DNA of 63,015 nucleotides, filler included, from Sluysia triapertura (Eukaryota): NCBI GenBank assembly GCA_046118255.1. It is 5 parts of 5 records of this genome, joined end to end, with 100 filler letters (N's around TTAATTAATTAA, not from the genome) between each part and the next. Parts side by side here need not be neighbours in the genome. Positions count along the whole stretch, not along the records: positions 49,419 to 63,015 come from JBJNIA010030276.1; 4 more parts are not named here. One strand, written 5' to 3'. A program made the translations under genes and the position numbers. Every line of letters begins with the position of its first letter. Position 1 is the first letter of the stretch. Shown piece by piece: positions 49,650 through 63,015 of the stretch. The notes beneath the pieces are model-generated. The model saw only the letters and a program-made list of their open reading frames with translations. It was not told the DNA's origin and did not search any database.

Positions 49650-52600
49650 CATTAATATTATTCTTATACTTTTACTTATTATTTTTAATATTGCTATAAT
49701 AATAATAATTATTATTGTTAATATTACTTTAATCTTAAAAAATTGTAAATAAATATAAAGAAATATCTTAGACGAAAATGGAACGCTTATGTAAGATAAA
49801 GGAAGATTGACAGAAGGCATATTGGTAAGATAAATTTTAGAAAATAAATAGAATACATGTTCTTAGAATTGAATATTATGTAGAATAAGTTGGCCATTTA
49901 ATCAAAGAAATGAATAATGTATATATTTAATAAATAGAATATATTAAATATATAAAATATTTAAAGTAGAATAAAGCAAGAGTTTTAACGTGGGTCCACC
50001 AATGTACTGGGCTTGCCAGTTAAGGCTAACCGTTGGATTTGCAGATGGAAGATATAGTTTCAGCTAAAGTCTTCTTACTTGATTCAGAATAATTTTTTTA
50101 TTATTCTGGAGGTATGTAAAAGTATTTAACAGTAATAAAAAATATTTTAATAAGAATTTTATGTTGATCCTATGAAAAGGATCTTTATTAGGTATTTTAC
50201 GAAGTTAGAATTAAAAACTAAATAGTGAAATCCTTAATATTTTATATTTGAAACTATTTAATTTAATAACAAGAATAGATTTTACAAATTCCAATACTAA
50301 CAATAATAGTAAGTTTTCGAAGGAATTATTCTATATAATTCCAATGTCAATAAGATTTTATTAAAATATTTTACGAGGATCTATTATGAGATCCAAATAA
50401 TTATTAAATAATTTAAGTAGATTTTACGCTGATATCTCTTGGATATCTAAACCTTAATACAAATAAATAACTTATTATTTTTCAAAAAAATTATAGAATG
50501 ATCTGGCAACGATGATTGCTTGAAAATATAGTTTATGTTTCGACGAGTTAATCGTAGATGGGGAGTTCGAATTATGTTTTAATGATCTGTACCAAATTTC
50601 GATGTCCAAAATTTACGAAGTATCAATTGTGTTTTTTCAAATTGTTATGAAGATTGTTGTGCAAAATTGTAATTTGTTCTTTCTTTATAAATTTTACTGG
50701 CCTGGCTAGGTCATTCTTTTAAAACAAAATTTAATTTAATAAAACAAAATGTATAAATTTAAAATTTAATATTTACAAAAATTCAAAATTTAATATTTAC
50801 AAAATAAACATAATATTAATAATTGTCCAGAATAAAATAATTGTTCGGAATAATTATGAAATTTATAAAATGATCACAAAAATATAACATAAGTAATTAA
50901 TTAAAATTACAAAGTCCAAAATACTAATAAAAATCAATAAGATCAAAGTCTGATTTACAATATAATGGAATTAACTTAGGATATCGTGGAAATTAATGGC
51001 ATTTTACTTACTTAAAAATGATTTGATAATCTTTGAACCTTTATTTACGAAGACACGAATAAAGACCACTCAATATTATACAATTGAACTTGAATATAAA
51101 TTGTTCTAAATGTGTTGCAAGTTTTACCTGGACCTAAGAATAGTTTTATAGTAATAATTTAATTTCATAGTAAGTGAATAATAATCTCATTTTAAAATAT
51201 CTTTTATATTTCAATTGCAAACAATTATTCGGTTTGATTTTTTGATCAATAAGTGTAAAATAAACCAACTTAAATTAAATTAAATTAAAATTAAATAAAT
51301 AAGTAAAAACATACCTCATAGTGCTGATAATTTCGTGTATCTATGAATTAATTAATTTATTTATTCATTAATTTGTTTAATTTATTTATTAATTTAATTA
51401 ATTTATTTTATTTTTTGTTTTTTTTAATTTGTTTATTAATTTAATTAATTAATTTTATTTATTTAATTTTTATTTTTTTTGAATTTATTTTTAAGTTTTG
51501 ACTTATTTTAACTATAAAATAAATTTGCATCTCCATCTCTACCATCAGAGCCGAATTCAGAACTTCTCATTAAATTGATAATAAAGAGATAAATTATAAA
51601 CCTATTCGAAAAATTATCTCTAATTATATTTATTATATTTCGATAACATAATTCAACTTATAATTTTAAAGTTATCTAAAATAAACACAATCTAGCAAAA
51701 GTTACAACAAATAAAATAATTATTAATTGTAATTAAGACATATAATTAATTATCATTACAATTATAACAACAAAATACTTAACTAAATGATATTATTGAT
51801 TTTATAAAATATATATTATTAATAATAATGATATTCTAAGATTACATTTTAACTCGAAAAAAATTAATCTTGTAGTAATAGACAAAATAATATTTATATA
51901 TTCATATATTAATATATTAATTTTATCTTTTATACATTATATTAATTTATTTTATTTAAATTGTTTTTTTTAAATAGTTTTAGACGAAAATGAAAATAAT
52001 TTTAAATAATGAAAAACTAATCAAAATCATTTTTTTAAATTTATTATAATTTCGAAAATCAAAATTATATTATAAAATATTATAAATAAGTAAATATTAG
52101 CTTATCTTTCGTAAGTAATGTTTCTTTTTCTGATTTCTTTTTATGCAATTATAAATTTAACAATATTGTAATGCAAAATAATCACTATAGAAATATTGTT
52201 TTATATTTTCGTTTTAACGCTACAATTGTTTAAATATTCTAAGTGAAATTAAGCAATTACGATGATATAAAATTGCTTTTGAAGAAATTTCTTTTTCTAA
52301 AAGCAAATATTGAAATTTAAAAGGTATTAAATACTTACATCTTGTTTAGAAAACAATAAATATAGCATTTGAATACGTATTTTGTGTCTGATTCAACAAA
52401 GAAATTATTCCATTTATATGATTAGAAAGTTTTACTTTTGCGATGTAACTATCTGTTTCGCATGAATTAATTTTATTTTAGAGTTATTTTAACTTAAGTT
52501 CGAGTGATTAAAATAACTAAGACACTATTAATTACGAAAAATGTATTCACAACATAACACATTATAGTAAACAATAATAATAATCATGATTACATGTATA

Positions 52601-53109
52601 CAATTTGTACGACGAAATATTCATGTTGTTTTCATTTAAAATATAATTCGAAATATCATTTAAATTATAAAATAACATTTATTTTATGTTATGAAACTTA
52701 ATACTTTTAAAATTGATTTTAAAGATAGTAATTAATCTATCTGAAGACAATGAATTTATCTGTGATTTTATCTTTTGACTTACTACTTGTAACATTTCAG
52801 ATAAACTAGATCAGAATATAATGGTTGTCAATAATGCCGAAGGTGGCACTTCAGATGTGATTGTTGTTCGTGGTACACATCGATTTCGCAGATTTGATAT
52901 AATTTGTAAATTAATTTTCTAACAATTTCTATAGTTGCTCAAAGTCTAAACACAGATCTTAGGATTTAATTATATAAACACATTTTTCAAGACGGTTGTT
53001 GTTCTAAAGATTATTCGTCAATCGATAGGAATTTTTCAAAGATTTTTATATCAAATTAAAGACAATTTTGTATTCGCTTTTTGCGCGAAAGACAAGAATA
53101 AAATATTAG

Positions 53110-53487
53110 AAAAACACTCAAATGAAATAAAGAAATCTTTCTCTTTTCAATGCATGCTACAAATTTCTGTAAATATTTCACTTATGGACTTCAAGAAAGA
53201 ACTAATTAGAAGTCTTTGAAAAGTTTGGTAACCAAAGAGAAACCTTGAGAGGAAGACCACCTTCTGAAAATCATTTCAGGTTTAATAGTAGACATTTACC
53301 AAAAACCGTCAAAAGATTTATTTTGTATACAGTGGAAGTATAAATAAAAAGGAAGACTAGATATGTATGTAATTGTTGGGTTATGTTTCCCCCACTGTTC
53401 CACTATATATGTATATATATCATACGAAAAAATGAATAAAAATTGCATTTCTGACACTTTGCGAAACATTGATTCCGAAAGAGTTAA
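53110..53487 (+). mobile_element. piggyBac transposon 3' relic
   Basis: Broken frames LMDFKKELIRSL, GRPPSENHFRFNSRHLP, RKTRYVC..VGLCFPHCSTIY (Cys-rich C-terminal domain). Ends in CCGAAAGAG-TTAA. Confidence 0.7.
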
Positions 53488-53654
53488 TTATTTTTATTTC
53501 TTTTAATTAATGTCATCTCTTTATTATTTTTATTATTACTGCAAACATTAAGATTATGTAGAGGTAATACAAAATCAAATAACAACATGAAATCAAAATT
53601 TGTAAACATTAAACTTTGTTTATTACCGTCAGTTCAATAAATAAAATTATTAAA

Positions 53655-53703
<49 letters not shown>

Positions 53704-55540
53704 ATGAGCGTTATGTTTACATTAATAATACTATAATTATTATTATTTTATTACGTTTTGAAATGTTATGGCATGCTCCTTGTAATATTTTCGGATCGGC
53801 ATATAAAGTATGTGTTATGCCATGTAGAATTATTTGATACTTCATCTTAAAACTAATTAAATAAAATAAATATTTATATTTCCATAAATAATAACTAAGA
53901 TAAATTCTTCGAATTATCATAAAGAAATAACAAATAAAATTCAAATTTTCTTTACTGACTTTTCTACTGAAAGAATAATCTAAAAATAAAAAGTTGTATT
54001 TAAAATTGATATACATATTTAATGCAATATTAACTTTTTTAAAGTTATTTTATGATATCTTTAATGAAAATCTCTTTTTAAACTCTACTTTGACACTGTC
54101 TGATATGTCTATAAAAATAAGTCATAAACAAATCAAAATAAATTAACAAAAGAGTTGATAATACATACTTATTTCATACAGAACTTCAAATAATTTCTGA
54201 TTTTCTTGTTATTGTGCAATATAAAGATGCAGTTTCTTGATTAATGATTTTATTTGCATATGAATAATTTGACAATATTATTATTATTATTATTGTTATT
54301 ATTATTATTGTTGTTGTTGTTTAATCGAATAAGACGATAATTTCATGGCTAAAAGCGAAAAATTATTTAAAATGCATAAATANNNNNNNNNNNNNNNNNN
54401 NNNNNNNNNNNNNNNNNNNNNNNNNNNNNNNNNNNNNNNNNNNNNNNNNNNNNNNNNNNNNNNNNNNNNNNNNNNNNNNNNNNNNNNNNNNNNNNNNNNN
54501 NNNNNNNNNNNNNNNNNNNNTAATCGAATAAGACGATAATTTCATAGCTAAAAGCGAAAAATTATTTAAAATGCTCAAATAATATTAATATTAAATATTT
54601 ATTAATAAAACATTAAATAAATTCTAAAAAAAATATTCATTTTTATGAATGTAGTAACAATTATTCAAAAATTATACAACGTTAAACTAAATAAAACAAA
54701 ATATTACGAAATGGAACTTGATAAACAAATGATATTTTAGTTTTTACTTACCACAATTTTTAAATCAAAAATTAAATCATTATAAATTGAAATTTTTATC
54801 AGAAAACAGCGTGGCTTAATATTTAAGGTAATATTCATGATATTGTTATTATTTATTATCATTATTATTAGTATTAGTATTAGTATACAATTCCTTATAG
54901 ACCTAACATCATTTATTTAGTATAATTCATGTTGATTTTCATTATATATTTTGATTTAATGAATAACCTTGAACATTATCGTTTATTATTTCACTATTAT
55001 TTACGATTATTAGCATTTTTTTATTTTTATATGTTTCTTTTCATATTAATAATTTAGTAAATCTGTAAGAAAACCTATTTTTTTAAAATTAAATTATCAC
55101 AATAATTAATATATTATTTATTAAAATTTAAATGTTTTATTTATTAATATTAAAGGCAATATACTTTATTCATTAATAATAAAACTAAAATTATTGATAT
55201 TTTTTATTTATTACTCCAATTTAAAACATTTATTTCTTATTTTTAAATATAGTAATTGCTTACAACTATGTAAAAATAGTTTATTTAATATTATTTTAGT
55301 TGTAATTAATTTTTTCGGGTTTATTTTCGTACACATTTCTTTCGTTTATATAGGAGTTAGTTATAAAATGATTAAATTAATTTATAAATATATTTGTGGA
55401 AATTACTTCTTTACTTCTTTAAAGATGGAAGTCTATAAATGGTTTAATAAATTTAATTTTATTATTTTTCTACTAAATTCATAATTTTAATAATAAATTT
55501 TAAAATTTAATAATAATAATAATGCGGTTTTTGCATAATA

Positions 55541-56320
55541 GTAAACCTACGGCAAAATAAAATTGAGTAGGGTTCGGCTACGGTAAGCGTCTTACAACTA
55601 ATAGTTGGCACTTCTGTAGCTTATAAGTGGAAATTCGTATTACTTAACTTAATACTGCCTTAAAAATGTCACAATAAAATGAATTAACTTTATTAAATTT
55701 ATTGATTATACAAAAATTAATATTACAAATAAGACAAAAATAAAAATGGAAATAGCTTAAGACAAAAAGGTAGTTTAAGAACAAAATCCTCTTGGGATAT
55801 TTGATCAATTAATAAATAAGATTTTGAGTATAAAATTTCCCACCACTATATCGGAGTCCTTACAAAAATTTATAATAAAATTGAATTTACGTCTATTTTA
55901 AGATTCTGATTTTTTTAAAAATCAAAATCACCTTAATAAAAAAATAGTTTACCCTAGCATGGAATTGTGAAAACGGATTTGAATTCCAAAATTCGTAGAC
56001 GATCAAATGAATTGAATGACTTCAGTAAGATGGCGACGAAAAATTAACTAGCTAAAAATTAAACGACTGAAAACTTAAATGGCGATTTTCATTGTAAGAT
56101 GCTAGTTTATATACTAGTCATCATCCAATGAAAATCGATCGAATGTTCTAAAATATTTTAGAACATTCTAGAAGCTTCTCATCTATTTTTAGAAGCTTAT
56201 TTTTTATTTTAGAAAAAATAATTTCTTTTTTGGAAAATTAATACTTTTTGGTGTTTTTTGACACATAAATAATTTTAAAACATTTTGATATTTTAAAAGG
56301 TCGTGATGGCAGACCTAACA
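55541..56320 (-). repeat. LTR-like dispersed repeat family A copy
   Basis: TGTTAGGT end at 56320, HSE array 56141-56178, CCAAT 56125-56129, TATATAAA 56113-56106, 3' motif 55541-55595. Confidence 0.75.
56141..56178. promoter_or_regulatory. Heat-shock element array (8 phased nGAAn units, 2 single mismatches)
   Basis: GAAtgTTCtaAAAtaTTTtaGAAcaTTCtaGAAgcTTC. Confidence 0.6.
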
Positions 56321-56398
56321 ATTAAGTTATATTTCTAAAATATAATAAAACAGTGGAAAAGATATATAACGTGTTCCATAAGTATGTGTTGCTTAGGC

Positions 56399-56654
56399 CA
56401 GTGTTGTTCAAAAGAGATCACGAAAAATTTGTGAGGTTCGCGAGATACTTCAAAGTTATAGTAAATGAGAAGTTTAATTTTACATAATTTTTAATACAAT
56501 TATTATTTTTTTTATTGATATTATAGTAATGCAAAAAACATTCTCAACAAGATTATGTTCTAATACGTTATTATGAAATTTTTTTTTTAAAAATTTACTT
56601 TATTATTTGTATTTTAGTCCCTAGGTCGCAGCACAAAAAGTGTGAAGACCACTG
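56399..56654. mobile_element. hAT (Charlie/Buster-type) MITE
   Basis: CAGTG..CACTG termini with a perfect 8-bp TSD GCTTAGGC (56391-56398, 56655-56662) having a central TA. Confidence 0.9.
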
Positions 56655-59600
56655 GCTTAGGCTCTATCAAAAATTGACAAAATATTTTAAAATGGAAAAA
56701 ATTATCAGTATCAACTATGGGTGATGAAATGAATAAGTAATAATGTAATAGATTAGTAAGATATTTTGAAATATTAGTTACAAACTTCAAAATCGAAATA
56801 TCTTTATAAATTGTTAGACTTTTAAAATAGGAGTATATTGATAATGTGTATTGTAGTATAAGGTGTGTATGGAAATTGATATACAAATAAGTAGTAAAAA
56901 GAATTATACAAATCTATATAAAATAAAAATACATATAAAACGGTTAATTTTTTCATATACAAATAGTTTAATCATTTTATTTTTGGAGAGCACACCTATA
57001 TCAAGACAATCAATATTATTGATCTAAATGAAACAATAAATTCTAACCGGCAACAGTTATTGCAATATTTAAGAAGTCCAATAATATACATATAAAACTA
57101 ATATTTACGATAAGCTAAAATTGCCTACAAGTCAAAATTTTTTTATAATTGTTGAAATCATTTGAATTTATCTTTTTAGGGTTTACTTATTGTGAATGGT
57201 TTTTTAATTTCAGAGTATATTTACGTAGTTATATTTATTGTATATCTTATAAGTTAACGTTAATCTAATAGCAATACTTTGTTTTACGTTCTCTATACCT
57301 GATTATTCCACGACTTTTATTTTGCTGATATTGCAATATTTATTAACTTCATTTATTAGCAATATAAACTTCTACCCTGTGGATAGCGAGATAATTCTAA
57401 TTATGTTGAACTAATATTATGATAACGCCTATTATCATTTTCTATCGACGTCTGTATACTTCTTAATGAGGATTTAGTCTTTTAGACAATCTGTCGTATT
57501 TATTCAGAGGTTGAGTTACAAATGACAAATTAAACAATTTTATTTAATCGTACAAAACCAAAACCTTTATAACTTACAATCTATCTCTTTAATATACTTA
57601 AATAAAAAATTGATAATTTGTATTATATAACAATGTAAAAACGACTTTACTAAATACATATGCGTTTACGAATAAGAGAAAAGTACTTTACAAGTTTGCA
57701 CACTTTATAAAAGTAGATAATTATAATATAGAGTGATATTGTATTTATGATTTTAAAAATAGAATTTTTCTTATTGAAATGACTTGATTTTGTGTAATAT
57801 TTTGAATCTTAGACCAACAATAAAAAATTAAGGACGCAAAAGAAAATTTGAAAATAGTGCAGTTAAATTCAGTTAACAATTCAGCCAATTTGTGAATTTA
57901 TTTGTTAAATTACAATTCAATGTAGTTATAGTTGCAACCACGCAATTCGATCTAATCATCTACTGACGTTCAGTATTTGTCTTTTTCAATAACACAACTG
58001 TAACATGATGAATTTGCCTCGTACGTTGTAGTTTTAGTCTTTGTTGTAGTGAGCGGATTTGGTGTTTTTTAAATTATTATTATCATTATTCACACTACAT
58101 TACAAAATTTATTATCATTTTTATTATTTATTACTTTAAAATTTTTTTATTACTGTAAAATAAATTTAATTACAAGTCTTAATTTCTATTAGGTTTTTGC
58201 ATCTTTCTGTATATCTGTTAATTCTTTCTATTCAGATTTATTCTTATTCTTTATAATTCTTTTACTGACAACTCTAAAATCTAACTATGGTTAAATCTTG
58301 ATAAATCGACTCTTTAAATTATTTACAATCCTTTTTCTTAATATTAATTCCTCTCTTATAATTATTAACATGGAAGTCTAGTAAAGTTTAACTCAATTAA
58401 TTTAATATTTGTTTTCCACACCCTTTAATATTAATTTCTCTTTGAAAGTTTAGAAATTGAGTTAAGATACTCGTCTCTGTTCTAAAAGGTGGAAGTGCTG
58501 ATTAAACTTTATACTTGTTCGACTACACACAAGTGTACTGTAACTATAAATAATTTTATACTAATTACACGCATTGTATGTTATAAATAATTTTATGCTA
58601 TTGTATTATAACTATAAATAATTTTATGCTGTTATTGATCATTAATCATTATTTTGACAATTTTATTGATTATTATTTTGTTTCATTTTGCCAAATTTTA
58701 ATCGGAATAATAATAGCTTAAGTATTTAAAATATTTTTATTTTTTAATTTTAAATTAAATCACAATTTTAAATTAAATTAATAATTTATCAACGTTGATA
58801 GCTAAAATATTTTAGTAAAAATTTTAAAATTAAATTTTTGTTTAACATAATTAAGGTCAACCTAAAAAGACTAAATATAAGTTAAGAAAATTTTAAAACA
58901 CAATTTGTTAAATAATTTCGTATAACTTTGGTATCAAAGTGGCCAGCAACCAAAGTTGTTAAATCGTAAGTTTGTTATTATAATCTTCGTACCGTAAGGT
59001 ACATTCGTAAAATACCCACTTAAATTCTAAATTTTTGTAATAGATTTCTGGAATTGTTTAATAGTTCCATTTGTAAAATATCTTTTAAAATTGTAAATTT
59101 GAATTAACTTTTGTTAATTATCGTAATTTATTATCTAATATTACTTGTTGTAACCATTTAATTTTCGTAATAAACCTTCGTGTCATTAATAAGATTTTTT
59201 GATTTCAGATCCTAACATAAAAGAAAAAATTAATATTAGAATTATTCGAATCTTTTAACAGATATTACGTAATATATTGTTTTCAGATTTCTTTTAAAAA
59301 CTTCCAGACAAACCCTAAGTCATATAATCTTTTTAATAGATTCTTTAGTAACCTACTATTTCGAATCCTTTCACGGATTTTACGTAAAATTATCATAATA
59401 TTACTTTTCTTAATAAACTGATATAATTACAAGAGAATGCTTAAGGACATTGATTCAATTACAACTTTAGCATCTGACTTCTTTCACATAACTGTTTCCG
59501 AAATTCAACGGCCAGCCCTAATCGGTAAGTCTAGTACGTTGGTGGATTCACTATAAGTTAAGAATATTAAGTTTATTTTCACATCTTTTGATTCTTGTTT

Positions 59601-60791
59601 TCTTTTCAAACAATATCCAATAAATACAGTTACAATTATAAATCCATCAAAATTTCACTACACCTAAAAGATTTTATAAGATATCAATCATATTTATTTA
59701 ATCGTAACAATAAGTTTATCGTTATATTTCTTACATGATTTAAATAATTAATAATTCACTTACATGTGTAAATCAAAATTAGTCTTTTAGATGATAATTA
59801 ATGTGGCCAGTGATTCGGTTAATCTCGAATTTGTTAATCGCAGTATTTAAACAGTCCTTGATTATTTTGATTTGATATCGTAGTTTCAATTCTTAACAGT
59901 TAGCTTTACTCAAAAGCAGTCCGAAGTTGTAGATAAAAATATTTATTACTTTTGATGTGGTTTTGTGTAGAGTTTTTCTTAAATATATTCCCTTTTATAT
60001 TAATTTCTTAAATTCTTCTTTATTATATATTTCTGTTGTTAATTCCTTTAATATACAGTAGATTATTAATATTAACGTATAATATTGAAAAATTTGTGAA
60101 TAATAAATCATTAAATTCCCATTATTTATGGTTTATAATATATTTCGTTTATTAATGCACAAAATATTAATAATATATATGCATAGGTTTTTTATTAATA
60201 CGTATTTACATAGTTTGTGAATTATTATTAAATTACTCTATTTCTATTTTATGTAATATGTTGGTAATCAAATATTCAGTTTTTAATATTTAACATAGAT
60301 TATTTACAAAGTTTAAAAAATTAAAATTATTCAACAATTGTATAATTTTCTACATATAAATTTCCTAGTGCATTTAGCATCAAATATCGTTTATATAAAA
60401 TTGATAAATTTATTTTATTATTCAGAATTCATTTGGTACGGTAGCAATCATATGCATATGCACCATATTTATTACATATTATCAAAGTTTCATACTATTC
60501 ACTAAATTCATTAGCACATTATTGATTTATTAATACTTAGCATTCATTTTCATTCATTAACGTTTTATTAATGTATTTTAGAACATTTATTTTCAAATAA
60601 TTTTCGTTCGTTAACGTAATAATACAATTATTTTAATTTTGAGACATTTATTTAAATGCAATAATAATTATTCATTAAACATTTTTAAACATTCAAACAT
60701 TCATGCAAATTCATGCATTCACTTTTTATTAACATTACAATTAGTATTATTATTATTATTATTAAATGATTTCAAAATAATAATAATAATG

Positions 60792-60827
<36 letters not shown>

Positions 60828-63015
60828 TGCTTAAAAAAGTATATTTAAAGAAATCTATTTTTCAAGAATTTGTAATTATTACTTTTACAACTTGAAATTT
60901 AAAGTGGTTTTTAAGAATTAATAAAAACTTAATTTTGCGATAATTTTTATACATTTTTGTAATTAAAGGTTTCTTAATATTATTAAATAAATTAATTTCG
61001 TTTAACTTGATTTTTAAAAATAATTATTAAATTTAGTTATAAAATATTTTACTAAAATTTGTTTAATTTTTATTATTAAACAATTAACGATTGTTGGAAT
61101 AAAACAATTTCAATAAAAATTTGAAAATGAATTCACTTATAAAATGGTTTAAAAATTGAGTAAAATTAAAATAATTATATTACTTGTTTTCAGTCTTCAC
61201 TTTTATGCCATCTGTATACTTTGATAATTGATATCTTATTAACTGATGATTATGTGCTTACAATTTTCTATTGGCAACTTAATAAAAAATAATATATTAT
61301 TTTCATTCATAATTTATTTATACTTTTTTAATGTAATAATTTAATTTAATTTAATTCAACCATTTGAATTCCATTATATTTGTTTATTTAATTATTTGTT
61401 TACTGTTGTGTTTATGTATTATTTATTTAGAGTTCATCTCTAATATAAATTTTTATTTCATCAAATGTGCTATTTGTAAGATTTGCAAAATTTTAGATAC
61501 TGAAATTGTTAATATCTTATAATTTATTTATTTTGAAAAATATAATTTCTTGCGATTTTTTGTTAATATTTTTATAATATTGATTTTGTTATCGTGCATA
61601 AAACTATTTAGTATTTACATCGTTATAAATTAGGTATTTTATTCATTTTTTCTTTCTTCTTTTGCATTTTTATTTAACGTTTACATAACCTAATATAACA
61701 TTATTTCTTTATGTACCTTAATTTGTTATGTTTCATTTCTTTCATTTAATTATACTCTATTTATTATTATTAGTAAGTTTATTAATATGATATAATTGCT
61801 TCATCAAAACTTATTTAAAATTAGTAAGTACATTGTGTAATATTCAATTTTACAAGCTAAAATTACTAAGTAAACATTGCTTTTATAAACATTTATGCGA
61901 CAATTATTTGTTAGCTAAGAAATCAACAGCAGTTTAAATCAAATGGAACAAATAGAATTTTATTCTTATTTAATGAAATTATTAATATCGATTAGAAGAA
62001 ATCGCGAATAACTCCTGAAAATTACGGAAACAATGCAATAAATTAATCGTTGGTTAACCACACCTGCAACTGCGTTTTAAAATTTTGAGTGAAACAATTT
62101 TGATATTCCAAAAAATCCACAATGAAAAATTGAGTTTAACGGAGAAAAACGTTTCGAGATTGAAAAATATTTTTTATTTTGTGTGTTTAGTTCCTTAAAA
62201 TCAATTAATATAACAAAGTCTTTATATTAATGATATTTGTTAAACACGCTCAATTAAACAATAAAATTTAATACAAATGAATAATTACCATTGTTGAAAA
62301 AATTTCACTTTTGGATATTTTTGGCATGAGAATAATAATACAATTTTGTGCAATGAACGAATTTGTGCATTTAGCTTGTAAGTTTGTAAGAAAATAGTCT
62401 TGTGACTATTTAAACATATCCCATTTAGATTTTTAAATACCTCTGTGGTGGCCCAGCCTATACCTACTTATACATCACATCAATCATAACATTCATCTAC
62501 TCAAATCTCATGACAAAAATTACACTATAACAAGTCTCACCTATATCACTCACAACATTACAACACTCATTCTTATAAAATCACAGATGCCTAATAAAAT
62601 CATTTTACTAACACTATTTCATCAAAGTAAAGCACAACGCATTGTCATTTTGCCATCATTATGATACAATATCTTCCTATCTGTATATTATAACCTCTTT
62701 ATCTTATATTCCTATGTGTTTTACAACTTTTATACATTTTTATAATTTAATTGAGAATTTTTAATTAGTTTTTGTTTTAATTCAATTTCTTTACGGTTTT
62801 ATTACCAATTCAATTGCTGGCTCATTCCATTATGAATTTTATTAGTATTTTTTACCTTTAATATTATACAACATTGCAAGTGTTGATTATGAATATTTGT
62901 AATGAGTCTGTGAACAATTTGTCGCAAGTGCCGATTTTGATGTCGAGTCATCACGGCTTCAACTTAAACACATTCGCAGAGTTACATAACAAAAATCAAT
63001 TATTACGAAAATATA

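Overview
Very AT-rich eukaryotic (metazoan) genomic DNA. By inference it is probably a planarian or related flatworm: (TAA)n microsatellites, short introns and a divergent intronless rhodopsin-type GPCR point that way. The window is five segments joined by 100-nt artificial spacers (44N-TTAATTAATTAA-44N), so adjacency across spacers is unproven. Host genes: one intact class A orphan GPCR (47767-49233), two internal exons of a BIG1/BIG2 Arf-GEF gene, the last two exons of a C1orf87-like EF-hand protein (missed by the ORF track), a frameshifted mGluR TM4-7 fragment and an abutting frameshifted Cys-rich GPI-type ORF. The rest is mainly transposon debris: a Tc1/IS630 element with perfect TIRs, relics of mariner, MULE and piggyBac transposases, and piggyBac, hAT and pogo MITEs. 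The most interesting signals are non-coding dispersed repeats: (i) a covarying, probably pseudoknotted RNA motif in 4 copies, followed by a splice donor in two of them; (ii) an LTR-like repeat carrying phased heat-shock-element arrays before CCAAT/TATA; (iii) a TG..CA-bounded repeat with an embedded tRNA-like Pol III unit resembling tRNA-bearing TRIMs. Most short ORFs in the track are low-complexity noise. All homologies are by-eye recognition, not database results.
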